Notes: generated from the letters alone by a model not told the origin. 64,000 bases of DNA from Polaromonas sp. (GCF_041689105.1 NZ_JBDNGU010000148.1:805-64804); one strand, 5' to 3'. Positions 26,871-37,811 are shown, counted from the stretch's first letter. Translations and numbers: made by a program.

Positions 26871-28079
26871 TCAGCCTTCAAGAATGTTCTGGATCGCATC
26901 GGTGGCTATTCTCGCGGTATCGCGCCGCAATTCCTCGTGCAGCTTTGTAAATCGTTGTTCAACGGCTCGGATTTTTTCGGGTGCGGAAATTTTGGCAGCG
27001 ATCCACTGCAGAACGGCTTCAGCCAGCGCTTCGGGCGTGGCGGCATTCTGCAACAGTTCAGGCACCACAAAATCCTGGCAGAGGATGTTGGGCAGGCCGA
27101 CCCAGGGCTGCAGCTTCTTGCGGCGCATGATCCGCCACGACAGCCAGTTCATGTTGTAGGCAATCACCATGGGCCGCTTGTACAGGGCGGCCTCCAGCGT
27201 CGCGGTTCCGCTGGCGATCAGTGTCAGGTCACAGGCAGCCAGTACGGTGTGGGACTGCCCGCTGACGATTTGCACCTGGTCCAGCACCCCTGCCACCCGC
27301 GCCGCCTGCTCGATCTGCGCAAGCAGGGCAGGCACCGCCGGCACTATTATTTTGATAGCTGGTTGCGCCCGCCTGACAAGGGCTGCAGCCCGAAAAAACC
27401 TCTCGGCGAGATACTGGATCTCGGACTGGCGGCTGCCCGGCAGCAGGGCCAGCACGAGATCATCCGGTCGCAGGCCGAGTTTTTCCCGGGCGGCGGCCTG
27501 ATCGGCCTGCAGCGGGATCATGCTGGCCAGCGGATGGCCCACATAGGTGGCGGCAATGCCGTGCTGCGCCAGCAAAGCGGGCTCGAACGGAAAAATGCAC
27601 AACACATGATCGACACTGCGCCTGATTTTTTCGACCCGCTCTGCTCGCCAGGCCCACACCGAAGGGCTGATGAAATGCACGGTGCGGATGCCTGCGGCCT
27701 TGAGGTCGGCCTCGAGATCGAGGTTGAAATCGGGCGCATCGACACCGATAAACACATCGGGCGGTTCAGCCAGCAGTTTCTGCCTGAGCTGCGCGCGAAT
27801 GCCGACGATCTCGCGGTAGTGCCGCAGGACTTCGACGTAACCGCGGACCGCCAATTTCCCGCTGGGCCACCAGGCCGTGAAGCCCCGGAGGGCCATCTGC
27901 GGCCCGCCTATGCCGACAGAGCGCAGGCCCGGCCAGCGCGCCCGGAATCCGTCAAGCAGCAGGCCTGCCAGCAAATCACCAGAGGTTTCACCGGCGACCA
28001 TTGCCATGCGCGGGTCATCGGCCGTGGCGGGCCCGCCGGCCTCTGCACGGTTGGGCACAGGGACTGGTGCAACAGGCAT
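26871..28079 (-). CDS. lpxB: Lipid-A-disaccharide synthase
   Basis: [14 protein letters not shown]-terminal motif; collinear with E. coli LpxB as recalled from memory. An alternative start is ATG 28007. Confidence 0.9.
   Translation of the reverse strand: MPVAPVPVPNRAEAGGPATADDPRMAMVAGETSGDLLAGLLLDGFRARWPGLRSVGIGGPQMALRGFTAWWPSGKLAVRGYVEVLRHYREIVGIRAQLRQKLLAEPPDVFIGVDAPDFNLDLEADLKAAGIRTVHFISPSVWAWRAERVEKIRRSVDHVLCIFPFEPALLAQHGIAATYVGHPLASMIPLQADQAAAREKLGLRPDDLVLALLPGSRQSEIQYLAERFFRAAALVRRAQPAIKIIVPAVPALLAQIEQAARVAGVLDQVQIVSGQSHTVLAACDLTLIASGTATLEAALYKRPMVIAYNMNWLSWRIMRRKKLQPWVGLPNILCQDFVVPELLQNAATPEALAEAVLQWIAAKISAPEKIRAVEQRFTKLHEELRRDTARIATDAIQNILEG
27344..27400 (+). repeat. R2 motif copy C (inside lpxB)
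   Basis: CTATTATTTTGATAGCTGGTTGCGCCCGCCTGACAAGGGCTGCAGCCCGAAAAAACC, 34/41 identical to intergenic copy D. It encodes [20 protein letters not shown]. Confidence 0.65.
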
Positions 28080-28085
28080 CAGCGC

Positions 28086-28880
28086 CTAACGGACAATGCC
28101 GCGTTGCGGCGCAGCTTGCTGCAAAAATGAAAGCATCATCTCCACGTCCGGTGCCGAGTCTGGGTATTTTTCGCTCAGCCCGGCTATCTTCCCGCTGGCT
28201 GCCTCGAGGGTCAGGTCTTCGCGGTACAGGGCTTTGTGCATGGCCTTGACGGCCGCGATGCGCTCGGGAGAAAAACCGCGCCGGCGCAAACCCTCGTAAT
28301 TCATCGAGCGGGCTTCGGCCGGCTGGCCCTGGCACATCACAAAAGGCGGCAGGTCGGCAAACAGCAGCGAACACATGGCTGTCATGCTGTGCGCGCCCAG
28401 CCGGACAAACTGATGCACCACGGTAAACCCGCCAAGGATCACCCAGTCACCCACCTGCACATGGCCGGCCAGCTGCGCGTTGTTGGCAAAAATGGTGTTG
28501 TTGCCGACGTCGCAGTCATGCGCCAGGTGCACATAGGCCATGATCCAGTTGTCGTTGCCAACACGGGTCACCCCGGTATCGCCGGGCGAGCCGATATTGA
28601 AGGTGCAAAACTCGCGGATGGTGTTGCGGTCGCCGACGACCAGCTCGCAGGGCTCACCCGCGTATTTTTTGTCCTGCGGAACAGCGCCCAGGGAGTTGAA
28701 CTGGAAAATGCGATTGTCCTGCCCGATGGTCGTGTGGCCCTCGATCACGCAGTGGGCGCCTATGCTTGTACCGGAACCCACGCGCACATGGGGGCCGACC
28801 ACGGTGTAGGGACCGACGCTCACCGAACTATCAAGCTCGGCCGACGGGTCGATCAGGGCGGTGGAATGTATGGCCATCAT
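28086..28880 (-). CDS. lpxA: UDP-N-acetylglucosamine acyltransferase
   Basis: 264 aa with left-handed beta-helix hexapeptide repeats. N-terminus [26 protein letters not shown]. Confidence 0.93.
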   Translation of the reverse strand: MMAIHSTALIDPSAELDSSVSVGPYTVVGPHVRVGSGTSIGAHCVIEGHTTIGQDNRIFQFNSLGAVPQDKKYAGEPCELVVGDRNTIREFCTFNIGSPGDTGVTRVGNDNWIMAYVHLAHDCDVGNNTIFANNAQLAGHVQVGDWVILGGFTVVHQFVRLGAHSMTAMCSLLFADLPPFVMCQGQPAEARSMNYEGLRRRGFSPERIAAVKAMHKALYREDLTLEAASGKIAGLSEKYPDSAPDVEMMLSFLQQAAPQRGIVR

Positions 28881-28890
28881 GAAAAAATGA

Positions 28891-29057
28891 ACTGTTCAGC
28901 GGACAAGTCGGACAGCGGCGGCGCGGGCCGCCTTCCCGTCTCGCCGGGCCCGCGGGACCGGCCTTGGTCTGTGCTGAGCTTGCCGCAGGGCCAGACCGCA
29001 AGCGCAGCAGCCTCCCCGGGGAGCAGCGCAATATGCGAAGCGAAAAGCGCGGGGGTC
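28891..29057. repeat. R1 repeat, internally deleted copy
   Basis: AACTGTTCAGCGG..., GGCCCGCGGGACCGGCC, GCCAGACCGCAAGCGCAGCAGCCTCCCCGGGG and ...GCGAAGCGAAAAGCGCGGGGGTC all align with copies 1 and 2. It fills the fabZ-lpxA gap. Confidence 0.6.
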
Positions 29058-29059
29058 AT

Positions 29060-29500
29060 TCAGGCAATGGTGCGCATGGTGCACATCAGTTCGGCCTCGC
29101 AGACCATGTTGCCTTCCACATGCGCGACACCCTTGAACTTGAAGACACCCGCTTTGAGGCGCTCCAGGGTCACTTCCATGATCAGCTGGTCGCCGGGCTC
29201 CACCGGGCGCTTGAAACGCGCCCCGTCAATGCCGGCGAAGTAGTACACGGTTTTGTCGTCAGGTGTGACGCCCTGCAGGTCAAAGGCCAGCAAGGCTGCG
29301 GCCTGGGCCATGGCTTCAAGCATGAGTACGCCAGGCATCACCGGTCGGTGCGGAAAATGTCCCGTGAAAAAAGGTTCATTGATGGTGACGTTTTTCAGGG
29401 CCTTGATACGCTTGCCCTTGTCGAGTTCAAGCACGCGGTCCACCAGCAGAAAAGGATAGCGGTGCGGCAGCTGTTTGAGAATTTGGTGGATGTCCATCAT
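29060..29500 (-). CDS. fabZ: 3-hydroxyacyl-ACP dehydratase
   Basis: 146 aa. [29 protein letters not shown]. Confidence 0.95.
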   Translation of the reverse strand: MMDIHQILKQLPHRYPFLLVDRVLELDKGKRIKALKNVTINEPFFTGHFPHRPVMPGVLMLEAMAQAAALLAFDLQGVTPDDKTVYYFAGIDGARFKRPVEPGDQLIMEVTLERLKAGVFKFKGVAHVEGNMVCEAELMCTMRTIA

Positions 29501-30564
29501 GATTTTTCTTCGGTCTTTCCTGAGGCTGTGTCAGCCATTTGCTCCAGCGTCTTGATGCGTTCACGCAAGCCATGAAGCTGCTTGAGCGTGGCGGCATTTT
29601 TTTCCCAGTGCGCATTGTCGTCGATGGGAAACAGCCCGGTGTAGTGACCCGGCTTGCGGATGGAACGCGTCACCACCGAGGCAGCCGAAATGTGCACATG
29701 GTCAGCCAGGCTCAGGTGCCCCAACACCACCGCGCCGCCGCCCACCGTGCAATGGGCACCAATGATCGCGCTGCCCGCCACCCCGACACAACCCGCCAAG
29801 GCCGTATGTCGGCCAATATGTACGTTGTGGCCGATCTGGACCAGGTTGTCGAGTTTGACCCCGTCCTCAACCACCGTGTCGTGCAGGGCGCCCCGGTCAA
29901 TACAGGTGTTGGCGCCTATTTCAACGTCGTTGCCGATGCGCACCGCGCCGAGCTGTTCGATCTTTACCCAGTGCCCGTCATGCGGTGCAAAACCAAAACC
30001 GTCGGCGCCTATCACGGCACCAGGATGCACGATACAGCGCTCTCCGATCACACAGCCATCGGCCAGCGTGACCCGGGCTGCCAGACGCGTACCCGCCCCA
30101 ATGCGCGTATCAGCGCCCACGACGCCGTGTTCGCCAATACGCACACCCCCACCCAGCACCGCCCGAGCCCCAATACAGGCAAATGCGCCGACGGACACGT
30201 CGGGTGCGAGTTGCGCAAGGGGGTCGATCAGGGCACTCGGGTGTATGCCGCTTGCGCCAGTGGGCTGGTGGTGCTTCTTCCAGACCTGGGTGATCCGGGC
30301 GAAATAGAGGTACGGCTCGTCAACCACAACGCAGGCACCGCGCCGGGTAGCGGCTGGTGCGGCCTCCGGCCCCACCACCACACAGGCAGCGGCCGATTGG
30401 GCCAACTTGCCCTGGTATTTGATGTGGCTGAGAAAAGACAGCTCGGAGGGGCCAGCAGTCTCCAGGGGTGCAAGCCGTTCGATGAGGACATCGGGGTCGC
30501 CCACCAGCCTGGCGTCAAACTCGCCAGCCAGCGATGCGACAATGTCCCCGAGTCTGAGCGTCAC
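29497..30564 (-). CDS. lpxD: UDP-3-O-acylglucosamine N-acyltransferase
   Basis: 355 aa with hexapeptide repeats. Its stop overlaps the fabZ start. Confidence 0.93.
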   Translation of the reverse strand: MTLRLGDIVASLAGEFDARLVGDPDVLIERLAPLETAGPSELSFLSHIKYQGKLAQSAAACVVVGPEAAPAATRRGACVVVDEPYLYFARITQVWKKHHQPTGASGIHPSALIDPLAQLAPDVSVGAFACIGARAVLGGGVRIGEHGVVGADTRIGAGTRLAARVTLADGCVIGERCIVHPGAVIGADGFGFAPHDGHWVKIEQLGAVRIGNDVEIGANTCIDRGALHDTVVEDGVKLDNLVQIGHNVHIGRHTALAGCVGVAGSAIIGAHCTVGGGAVVLGHLSLADHVHISAASVVTRSIRKPGHYTGLFPIDDNAHWEKNAATLKQLHGLRERIKTLEQMADTASGKTEEKS

Positions 30565-30585
30565 ACGTGGCCTGTGCCTGAACGC

Positions 30586-31092
30586 TTATCTGGCAGCGTT
30601 GAGCGCCTTGATAACCTTGTCGGTGATATCGTGCTTTGGATTGGCATAAACAGCCTCCTGCAGGACCAGGTCGTATTTTTCAGATTCTGCGACTGTTTTG
30701 ACGACCTTGTTCGCACGCTCGATCACCTGCTGCAGTTCTTCGTTCTTGCGTGCATTGAGGTCTTCCTGGAACTCGCGGCGCTTGCGCTGGAAGTCCCGGT
30801 CCTGTTCCACCAGCTGCTTCTGGCGCGTGGCACGCTGGCTCTCGGACAAGGTAGGCGCTTCACGCTCAAACTTGTCCGCCAGTGTTTTCAGCTGCGCGCC
30901 CACATCGCCCAGGTCTTTCTCGCGTTTGCCGAACTCCTGCTCCAGTTTGGCCTGGGCTGCTTTGGCCGTGTTTGCTTCGCGGAAAATACGGTCAATATTG
31001 ACAATGCCGATCTTGAACTCCTGAGCACTTGCTGCGCAGGTCAGCAAGGCCATCAGGGTGGCCAGGAATAACTTGGATGAGAAATGCTTCAT
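30586..31092 (-). CDS. skp: Periplasmic chaperone Skp (OmpH)
   Basis: 168 aa with a signal peptide and a Lys/Glu/Gln-rich coiled region. It sits between bamA and lpxD. Confidence 0.85.
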   Translation of the reverse strand: MKHFSSKLFLATLMALLTCAASAQEFKIGIVNIDRIFREANTAKAAQAKLEQEFGKREKDLGDVGAQLKTLADKFEREAPTLSESQRATRQKQLVEQDRDFQRKRREFQEDLNARKNEELQQVIERANKVVKTVAESEKYDLVLQEAVYANPKHDITDKVIKALNAAR

Positions 31093-33407
31093 TAGAACGA
31101 TGTACCAATTTGGAATTGCAATCTCTGGATTCTATCTGTTGGCTTTTTGTTCAGGGGATGGGCAAATGCGAGGCGCAACGGCCCCAGAGGTGAAATCCAG
31201 CTGATACCGAAACCCACCGACGAGCGCAATTCGCCAAGATCGTATTTTTCGGTCTCACCAAAAACATTGCCGGCATCAACAAAGCCAAAAAGCCGCAATG
31301 TCCTGTCGTTGCCAGCGCCGGGGAAAGGCGCAAGCAACTCGGCATTCAGGGTGATCTTTTTTGGTCCGCCAATGGAGTTGCCCGCAGCCCCCGGCGCGTC
31401 GCGTGGACCCAAGGTACCGGGTTCATAACCGCGCACCGAACCCAGACCGCCGGAGTAGTAGTTCTTGAACACCGGGAAGGGCTGGCCATTGAGGCCCTTG
31501 CCCCAACCCAATTCGCCATTCAGGGCAATGGTGAACTGTTTGTTCAACGGGATGTACTGTTGAGCCTGGTAGTTGGCGCGCAGAAAACGTGCGTCGCCAG
31601 CAATACCCCAGTCGCCGTAAGCGCGCTGAAACCGGCCTTTGCTGGGAACCAAAGCGCTGTCACGGTCATCGCGCGACCAGCCCACCGTCAGCGGCACGCT
31701 ATTGCTTTTGGCGCCAAAGTCACGAATGTAGGTCCGATAGACCGGCGGCAGATTGACCCCGGAAATATCAATCTGCTCCAACCCGCCACCGAAGTACACC
31801 GTGTCGAGTTCGCTGAAAGGCACGCCGAAACGCACGCTACCGCCGGTTGTCTTGATGGTGTAGTCGCTGGTCAGCGCGCCAAGCTGGCTGCTGTAGGGAC
31901 GCGAAGTACGCGAGTAAATGTCAATCGTTCGCGAGATGCCATCGGCAGTGAAATACGGATCCACCGTGCTGATCACCAGTTGCCGGTTGAACTTGCCGGT
32001 GTTGACTTCCAGCCCCAAATAGTTGCCCGTGCCGAACGCATTTTCCTGTTTGAAACCAAAAACAAGAGACAACCTCTCGGCGCTGGAGAAACCGGCGCCG
32101 AGCTGGAGGTTGCCGGTGGGCTTTTCAACCACGGCCAGGTTAAGGTCCACCTGGTCCGGCGAGCCTGGGATTTCCTGCGTGTCAATGTTGACCTCAGTGA
32201 AATAACCCAGACGGTCCACGCGGTCGCGTGACAGGCGGATTTTGTCGCCGTCGTACCAGGACGACTCGAATTGCCTGAATTCACGGCGGACCACTTCGTC
32301 GCGCGTGCGGTTGTTCCCGCTGATGTTGATGCGCCGCACGTAGGCGCGACGCGATGGATCGCCCTGCAGCACAAAGGCCACACGGTTGTTGGTCCGGTCG
32401 ATTTCCGGTTTGGCGTCAACCTTGGCGAAAGCAAACCCGAAGCTGCCGTAATAATCGGTGAAGGCTTTGACGGTATCCGCCACCTGGTCGGCGTTGTAGG
32501 CCTCGCCAGGTTTGATCGTCACCAGCGACTTGAACTCATCGTCGCGCTCCAGGAAGTTACCCTCGAGCTTGATGCCCGAGACGGTAAAGCGCTCTCCTTC
32601 GGAGATGTTGATGATCACCGAAATATCCTGCTTGTTCGGCGAGATGGCCACTTGCGTCGAGTCCACTTTGAATTCGAGGTAACCGCGCGTCAGGTAGTAG
32701 GAGCGCAGGGTTTCAATGTCGGCATTGAGCTTGGCGCGCGAGTACCGGTCGGACTTGGTGTACCAGCTCAGCCAGCCACCAGTGTTGAGGTCAAACAGGC
32801 CGCGCAGTGTGGATTCGCTGAAGGCCTTGTTGCCAACCACCCGGATTTCCTTGATTTTGGCAACATCGCCTTCGATGACGCTGAACGTCACATTGACGCG
32901 GTTGCGTTCAATCGGTGTGACCGTGGTCAGCACCTCGGCGCCGTACAGGCTGCGGTTGATGTACTGGCGCTTGAGCTCCTGCTCGGCCCGGTCGGCCAGC
33001 GCCTTGTCGAAAGGCCGCCCATCCGCAAGCCCGATATCACGAAGCGCTTTTTTAAGTACTTCCTTGTCGAACTCCTTGGCGCCGACAAAGTCCACGTCGG
33101 CCACCGTCGGCCGCTCTTCCACGATCACGACAAGCACATTGCCACTGACCTCCAGGCGCACATCCTTGAACAGGCCCAGCCCGAACAGGGCGCGAATCGC
33201 GCTGGAACCCTTGTCGTCGTTGTAGGTTTCGCCAACCCGGAAAGGCAGCGAAGCAAAAATGGTCCCCGGCTCAACACGCTGCAGGCCTTCAACCCGGATG
33301 TCGCGCAACGTGAACGGGTCCACGGCCCAGGCCGCCTGCGCGATCAAAAAGCTGGCCACCATTGCGGAGACGCTGCGGACCTTGAATCGTTTGATTTGTT
33401 TTTGCAT
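31092..33407 (-). CDS. bamA: Outer membrane protein assembly factor BamA
   Basis: POTRA repeats plus a beta-barrel, with a C-terminal ...QFQIGTSF. The start is at Met18 of the track ORF (MQKQIKRF..., signal peptide ending AWA). Confidence 0.93.
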   Translation of the reverse strand: MQKQIKRFKVRSVSAMVASFLIAQAAWAVDPFTLRDIRVEGLQRVEPGTIFASLPFRVGETYNDDKGSSAIRALFGLGLFKDVRLEVSGNVLVVIVEERPTVADVDFVGAKEFDKEVLKKALRDIGLADGRPFDKALADRAEQELKRQYINRSLYGAEVLTTVTPIERNRVNVTFSVIEGDVAKIKEIRVVGNKAFSESTLRGLFDLNTGGWLSWYTKSDRYSRAKLNADIETLRSYYLTRGYLEFKVDSTQVAISPNKQDISVIINISEGERFTVSGIKLEGNFLERDDEFKSLVTIKPGEAYNADQVADTVKAFTDYYGSFGFAFAKVDAKPEIDRTNNRVAFVLQGDPSRRAYVRRINISGNNRTRDEVVRREFRQFESSWYDGDKIRLSRDRVDRLGYFTEVNIDTQEIPGSPDQVDLNLAVVEKPTGNLQLGAGFSSAERLSLVFGFKQENAFGTGNYLGLEVNTGKFNRQLVISTVDPYFTADGISRTIDIYSRTSRPYSSQLGALTSDYTIKTTGGSVRFGVPFSELDTVYFGGGLEQIDISGVNLPPVYRTYIRDFGAKSNSVPLTVGWSRDDRDSALVPSKGRFQRAYGDWGIAGDARFLRANYQAQQYIPLNKQFTIALNGELGWGKGLNGQPFPVFKNYYSGGLGSVRGYEPGTLGPRDAPGAAGNSIGGPKKITLNAELLAPFPGAGNDRTLRLFGFVDAGNVFGETEKYDLGELRSSVGFGISWISPLGPLRLAFAHPLNKKPTDRIQRLQFQIGTSF

Positions 33408-33420
33408 GAGAAATATGGAT

Positions 33421-34788
33421 TTAACCCAAAAGCCGGGTGACATCGTTAAACAGGGCAACAGACATCATGCCCAGCAAGATGGCAACGCCACCGCGCTGCA
33501 ACCGGTCCATCCAGGCGTCAGACACGCTCTTGCCGGTTACCGCCTCCCAAAGATAATACATCAGGTGCCCACCGTCCAGAACCGGCAGCGGCAGTAAATT
33601 CAGCACCCCCAGGCTCACGCTGATGAGCGCCAGAAACAGCAGATAAGCACTCCAGCCTATGCTCGCCGACTTGCCGGCGTAGTCGGCAATGGTCAGCGGC
33701 CCGCTGAGGTTTTTCAGGGACGCCTCGCCAATCAGCATCTTGCCCATCATCTTGAGCGTCAGCACCGACACCTGCCAGGTGCGCAACGCGCCGTTCCACA
33801 AGCCGTCCAGCGGCCCATACCGGACCGTCACCATGGCCGGCGGCGTACCGACGTAGGCACCTATCCGGCCAATCGACTGCCCCGCCTCCTGCCTGATCTC
33901 CGGCGTCACCGGCAATTGAAAGGTCTTCCCTGCCCGCAGGACCTGCCAGGATTCGGTACCTTTGGAAGCACGTATGGTTTCACGCAACTGCTGTCCATCG
34001 ACAATGGGCTGGTTGCCAATGCGCAGCACCACATCGTCCATGCGCAAATCCGCTTTTTGCGCAGCACCGCCGGGCATGACCTCGCCAATCACGGCCTGCG
34101 TCCAGGGACCGAGGATGCCTATCTTCCTGAAAAGCTGCGCGTCAGCATCAGCTGCATTGAGCTGGCCCAGCGGCAATAACACGCTGCGGGACGGGCCGAT
34201 CGCATCGCCTTGCGCGGCACCAACACCGTCGGTGACCTCAAGGCGCACATCACGCCCGCCCAGCGCGGCGCGCGTCAGCCGCCAGCGCAGGTCTTCAAAA
34301 GAGCGCACCTCCTGCAGAGCCTCGTCGTCGAACGCGGCCTGCTGCACGCGTTCTCCGCCGCGCAGGCCGGCGCGTTCGGCGATGGACCCGGCCACCGGGC
34401 TGGCCAGCAAGGGCTGGGGTTCCTGCAGCCCGCTCCAGTTGACGATGGCATAAAGCACGATGGCCAGCAGCAGGTTGGCAGCCGGTCCGGCCGCCACAAT
34501 CGCGGCTCGCGCGCCCAGGGGGCGGTTGTTGAACGCCAGATGGCGCTCGGCAGGATCCACCGGGCCTTCACGCTCGTCCAGCATCTTGACGTAGCCGCCC
34601 AGCGGCAACATGCCGATTGAAAATTCGGTGGGCCTGTTCTTGAGTCGCCAGGTGAAGATCGGCTTGCCAAAACCCACTGAAAACTTCAGTACCTTGACAC
34701 CGCAGGCAACCGCCACGCGGTAGTGGCCGTACTCATGGATGGCGATCAGGATGCCCAGCGCAACAACAAAGGCGACCAAGGTCAGCAT
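33421..34788 (-). CDS. rseP: RIP zinc metalloprotease RseP
   Basis: HEYGHY (HExxH), PDZ region, NLLPLPVLDGGH. Confidence 0.93.
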   Translation of the reverse strand: MLTLVAFVVALGILIAIHEYGHYRVAVACGVKVLKFSVGFGKPIFTWRLKNRPTEFSIGMLPLGGYVKMLDEREGPVDPAERHLAFNNRPLGARAAIVAAGPAANLLLAIVLYAIVNWSGLQEPQPLLASPVAGSIAERAGLRGGERVQQAAFDDEALQEVRSFEDLRWRLTRAALGGRDVRLEVTDGVGAAQGDAIGPSRSVLLPLGQLNAADADAQLFRKIGILGPWTQAVIGEVMPGGAAQKADLRMDDVVLRIGNQPIVDGQQLRETIRASKGTESWQVLRAGKTFQLPVTPEIRQEAGQSIGRIGAYVGTPPAMVTVRYGPLDGLWNGALRTWQVSVLTLKMMGKMLIGEASLKNLSGPLTIADYAGKSASIGWSAYLLFLALISVSLGVLNLLPLPVLDGGHLMYYLWEAVTGKSVSDAWMDRLQRGGVAILLGMMSVALFNDVTRLLG

Positions 34789-34801
34789 GGCAATACTCCG
34801 C

Positions 34802-35989
34802 TCAGGGCTTCAGGTTTGCGGCCAGTTGAGCCGCTGCAGCACGGGACTCCTCGTCCAGTGCCAGCAAGTCCGCGATACCGCGTATCTCGCCAGCACTCAC
34901 AATATCCAGTGTCGCGCGGTTCACCGCGTGAATCTGGTCAAAGCGTATACGCTTTTCAAGAAAGGCGGCTACCGCCACCTCATTGGCCGCGTTAAGTACC
35001 GCCGTGGTGCCTGCCGGCCCGTCAAGCACCTCCCAGGCCAGTGGCAAACCGGGAAACAGCAAGTTATCGGGCTCGGAAAAGGTCATGGTGGCCAGCGCCC
35101 GGAAGTCCAGCGCCTGCGCACCCGAGCTGATGCGTCCCGGCCAGGCCAGGCCATAGGCGATCGGCACACGCATGTCCGGCGTGCCGAGTTGGGCCACCAC
35201 CGAGGTGTCACGGTACTGCACCATGGAATGAATGATGCTTTGCGGATGAATGACAACCTCGATTTGCGCCGGTGCCAGCCCAAACAGGTAACGCGCCTCG
35301 ATCACTTCGAGCGCTTTGTTCATCATGGTGGCCGAGTCCACCGAGATCTTGCGGCCCATGACCCAATTGGGGTGGGCACAGGCCTCGTCCGGCGTGACAT
35401 CGCGAAGGCTGGCTGGCGCACGTGTGCGAAAAGGTCCACCGGAGGCCGTCAGGATGATCTTGTCGATGCGCTCGGCCCAGGCCGAGGGGTCTTCGGGCAG
35501 GGACTGGAAAATGGCGGAGTGTTCGCTGTCGATGGGCAGCAAGTGTGCGCCACCGTCACGCACAGCCTGCATGAACACCTCGCCCCCCACCACGAGGGCC
35601 TCCTTGTTGGCCAGCAGCAGGCGCTTGCCCGCGTTCGCCGCAGCCATGCAGGCGCCCAGCCCGGCCGCGCCCACAATCGCAGCCATCACGATGTCCACAC
35701 GTTCGTCGGACGCTATGATTTCAAGAGCATCCGGGCCAGTCAGGACATGGGTTAAGAGCCCGTTTTTCTTTAGCTTTTCAGACAGTTCCCGGGCGTGGGG
35801 CGCACTCGCCATCGCAGCGTAATGCGGCTTGAAACGCATGCATTGGGCCAGCATCAGGTCCGTCTGCGTGGAGGCGCTGAGCGCAAAAACCTCGAAACGG
35901 TCGGGGTGGCCGGCGATCACGGCCAAGGTATTGACACCGACCGAGCCGGTCGAGCCCAACACGGTGACGCGTTGTTTGGCCAATGTCAT
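34802..35989 (-). CDS. dxr: 1-deoxy-D-xylulose 5-phosphate reductoisomerase
   Basis: VLGSTGSVG, LANKEALV, PIDSEHSAIFQ. Confidence 0.95.
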   Translation of the reverse strand: MTLAKQRVTVLGSTGSVGVNTLAVIAGHPDRFEVFALSASTQTDLMLAQCMRFKPHYAAMASAPHARELSEKLKKNGLLTHVLTGPDALEIIASDERVDIVMAAIVGAAGLGACMAAANAGKRLLLANKEALVVGGEVFMQAVRDGGAHLLPIDSEHSAIFQSLPEDPSAWAERIDKIILTASGGPFRTRAPASLRDVTPDEACAHPNWVMGRKISVDSATMMNKALEVIEARYLFGLAPAQIEVVIHPQSIIHSMVQYRDTSVVAQLGTPDMRVPIAYGLAWPGRISSGAQALDFRALATMTFSEPDNLLFPGLPLAWEVLDGPAGTTAVLNAANEVAVAAFLEKRIRFDQIHAVNRATLDIVSAGEIRGIADLLALDEESRAAAAQLAANLKP

Positions 35990-35999
35990 AAGGCCCCGG

Positions 36000-36836
36000 T
36001 CACACAGTTACCAGCATCAGGGCCAGCGGCAACACCGGCACCAAGGCATCGACCCGGTCCAGCACGCCGCCGTGGCCCGGCAGCAGCGCGCTGGAATCCT
36101 TGGCACCGGCACTTCGCTTGACCAGGGACTCCACCAGGTCGCCCACCACACTGAAAGCCGCCAGGAAAATCATGGCAATCAGGGTCACCCACAGACCGTA
36201 CTGCGCGGCAAGGCGTGCATACAGGCTTTGCCCGGTGGTGTCGAGCGCCAACCAGGCGATGCACATCACCAGCACACCCACCATGCCGCCCCAGACGCCC
36301 TCCCAACTCTTGCCCGGGCTGATCGCCAGGGCCAGCTTGCCTTTGCTGAAACGCCCACCCAGCGCCTTGCCGGCAAAGTAGGCGCCGATGTCGGCGACCC
36401 ACACCAGCAGCAGCAGGGACAGCAGGAATTCAATGCCCATGAAGCGGGCCTGCGCCACCGCCAGCCAGGCCAGCCAGAGCGCCGCAATGCCGACCACCAG
36501 ACGCAGCGTTCGCGGAATGCGCGTCCATCCGGCCACGCCGCCACGCAGCAACCAGGCGCCCACCAACACCCACGCGGCACCCGCCAGACGCCAGAGCAGC
36601 GGCAAGGGCTGGTTGAGCATGCCCAGGTCCCAGGACATGGCACACAGAATCACACAGGCGAACCCTGCAACCAGCGACGCGGTGGGTCCGTAGCCGTTTA
36701 ACCTTCCCCATTCCCAGGCCCCGGCCGCAATCAGCAGCAGCGCCACGGCACTAAATGGTATGGGCGTTGGATAAAACAGCGCCGGCAGCAAAATGGCCAG
36801 CAGCAAAATGGCGGTGATCACGCGTTGCTTGAACAT
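36000..36836 (-). CDS. cdsA: Phosphatidate cytidylyltransferase
   Basis: Signature SLVKRSAGAKDSSALLPGHGGVLDRVD; polytopic membrane protein. Confidence 0.92.
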   Translation of the reverse strand: MFKQRVITAILLLAILLPALFYPTPIPFSAVALLLIAAGAWEWGRLNGYGPTASLVAGFACVILCAMSWDLGMLNQPLPLLWRLAGAAWVLVGAWLLRGGVAGWTRIPRTLRLVVGIAALWLAWLAVAQARFMGIEFLLSLLLLVWVADIGAYFAGKALGGRFSKGKLALAISPGKSWEGVWGGMVGVLVMCIAWLALDTTGQSLYARLAAQYGLWVTLIAMIFLAAFSVVGDLVESLVKRSAGAKDSSALLPGHGGVLDRVDALVPVLPLALMLVTV

Positions 36837-37579
36837 CAGGCAGCCTTCACGGTTGTTTGGGGGGTGCCAGGTGTGATCTGGCCAGATGTCTTGCCAAAGC
36901 GCCGCTCGCGGCTGGCATAAAAAGCAATCGCTTCATCCAGCGCAGCATCGTCGAAATCGGGCCAGAGCTTGTCCGAAAAATGCAGCTCTGAATACGCCGC
37001 CTGCCACAACAGGAAGTTGCTGATGCGCAGTTCGCCACCAGTGCGGATCAGCAAGTCCGGGTCCGGCACATGGGCCAACGACAACGCGCGGTCCAGCGCC
37101 ATTTCTGTGATCTCCTCGCCGCTGGCCACGAGCTTGCGCGCGGCTTGGGCGATGTCCCAGCGACCGCCGTAGTTGAAACACACGTTGAGGACCAGGCGGC
37201 TGTTTTCTGCCGTGGCCGCCTCGGCCTGCGTCAGCCCTGCCCTGACCTTGTCGGAGAGCTGCTGGCGCTCGCCCACAAAATGCAGTTGCACGCCGTTGGC
37301 CTTGAGGGAAGGAACTTCCCGCGCCAGCGACAGCGCGAGCAGCTCCATGAGGCCGGAGACTTCCTCGGCGGGCCGGTTCCAGTTTTCGGACGAGAACGCG
37401 AACACGGTCAGCACACCAATGCCCCGGGCCATACAGGCCTGCACGCAGCGGTTCAGCGCGCCCACGCCCTGCTGGTGGCCAGCAATACGCGGAAGAAAGC
37501 GCCGCGTCGCCCAGCGGCCATTTCCATCCATCACGATAGCGACATGGTGCGGGACGGCGGTGGAATTTGTTCGGGCCAT
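36836..37579 (-). CDS. uppS: Undecaprenyl diphosphate synthase
   Basis: HVAIVMDGNGRWA, FSSENWNRP, RTGGELRISNFLLWQ. Confidence 0.95.
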   Translation of the reverse strand: MARTNSTAVPHHVAIVMDGNGRWATRRFLPRIAGHQQGVGALNRCVQACMARGIGVLTVFAFSSENWNRPAEEVSGLMELLALSLAREVPSLKANGVQLHFVGERQQLSDKVRAGLTQAEAATAENSRLVLNVCFNYGGRWDIAQAARKLVASGEEITEMALDRALSLAHVPDPDLLIRTGGELRISNFLLWQAAYSELHFSDKLWPDFDDAALDEAIAFYASRERRFGKTSGQITPGTPQTTVKAA

Positions 37580-37620
37580 GTCAGCAGTCAGTCACTACGC
37601 ACAGTGGACGGGCCGGGGGC

Positions 37621-37809
37621 AACTGTGTTTTCAAGCAGCGGCTGCGGGACTGGCTCTGCCAGACCACAGGCGCAACAGCCCCCGAGGGGCTGGAGCCTGC
37701 GGCTCCAAAGCTGCTTGAGCAGCTTTGGACAGGCGACAGAGGCGAAGCGTCTCGCGAGCCGCAGCCTGCAGGGCCTCGGGAACTGCGCGAAGCGAGTGAA
37801 CGTGGCGGC
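37621..37809. repeat. R1 repeat, full copy 2
   Basis: Aligns with 9949..10126 over about 180 nt. It fills the frr-uppS gap, and the track ORF 37812..38906 reads through it spuriously. Confidence 0.75.
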
Positions 37810-37811
37810 AA

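Noticed and set aside
28007-28079. Shorter lpxB start at ATG 28007 ([11 protein letters not shown])
   Set aside because: I did not reject this firmly. I kept the longer form because ATG 28079 lies 6 nt after the lpxA stop with an AGG upstream, but the 24 extra residues are Pro/Ala-rich and may not be translated.
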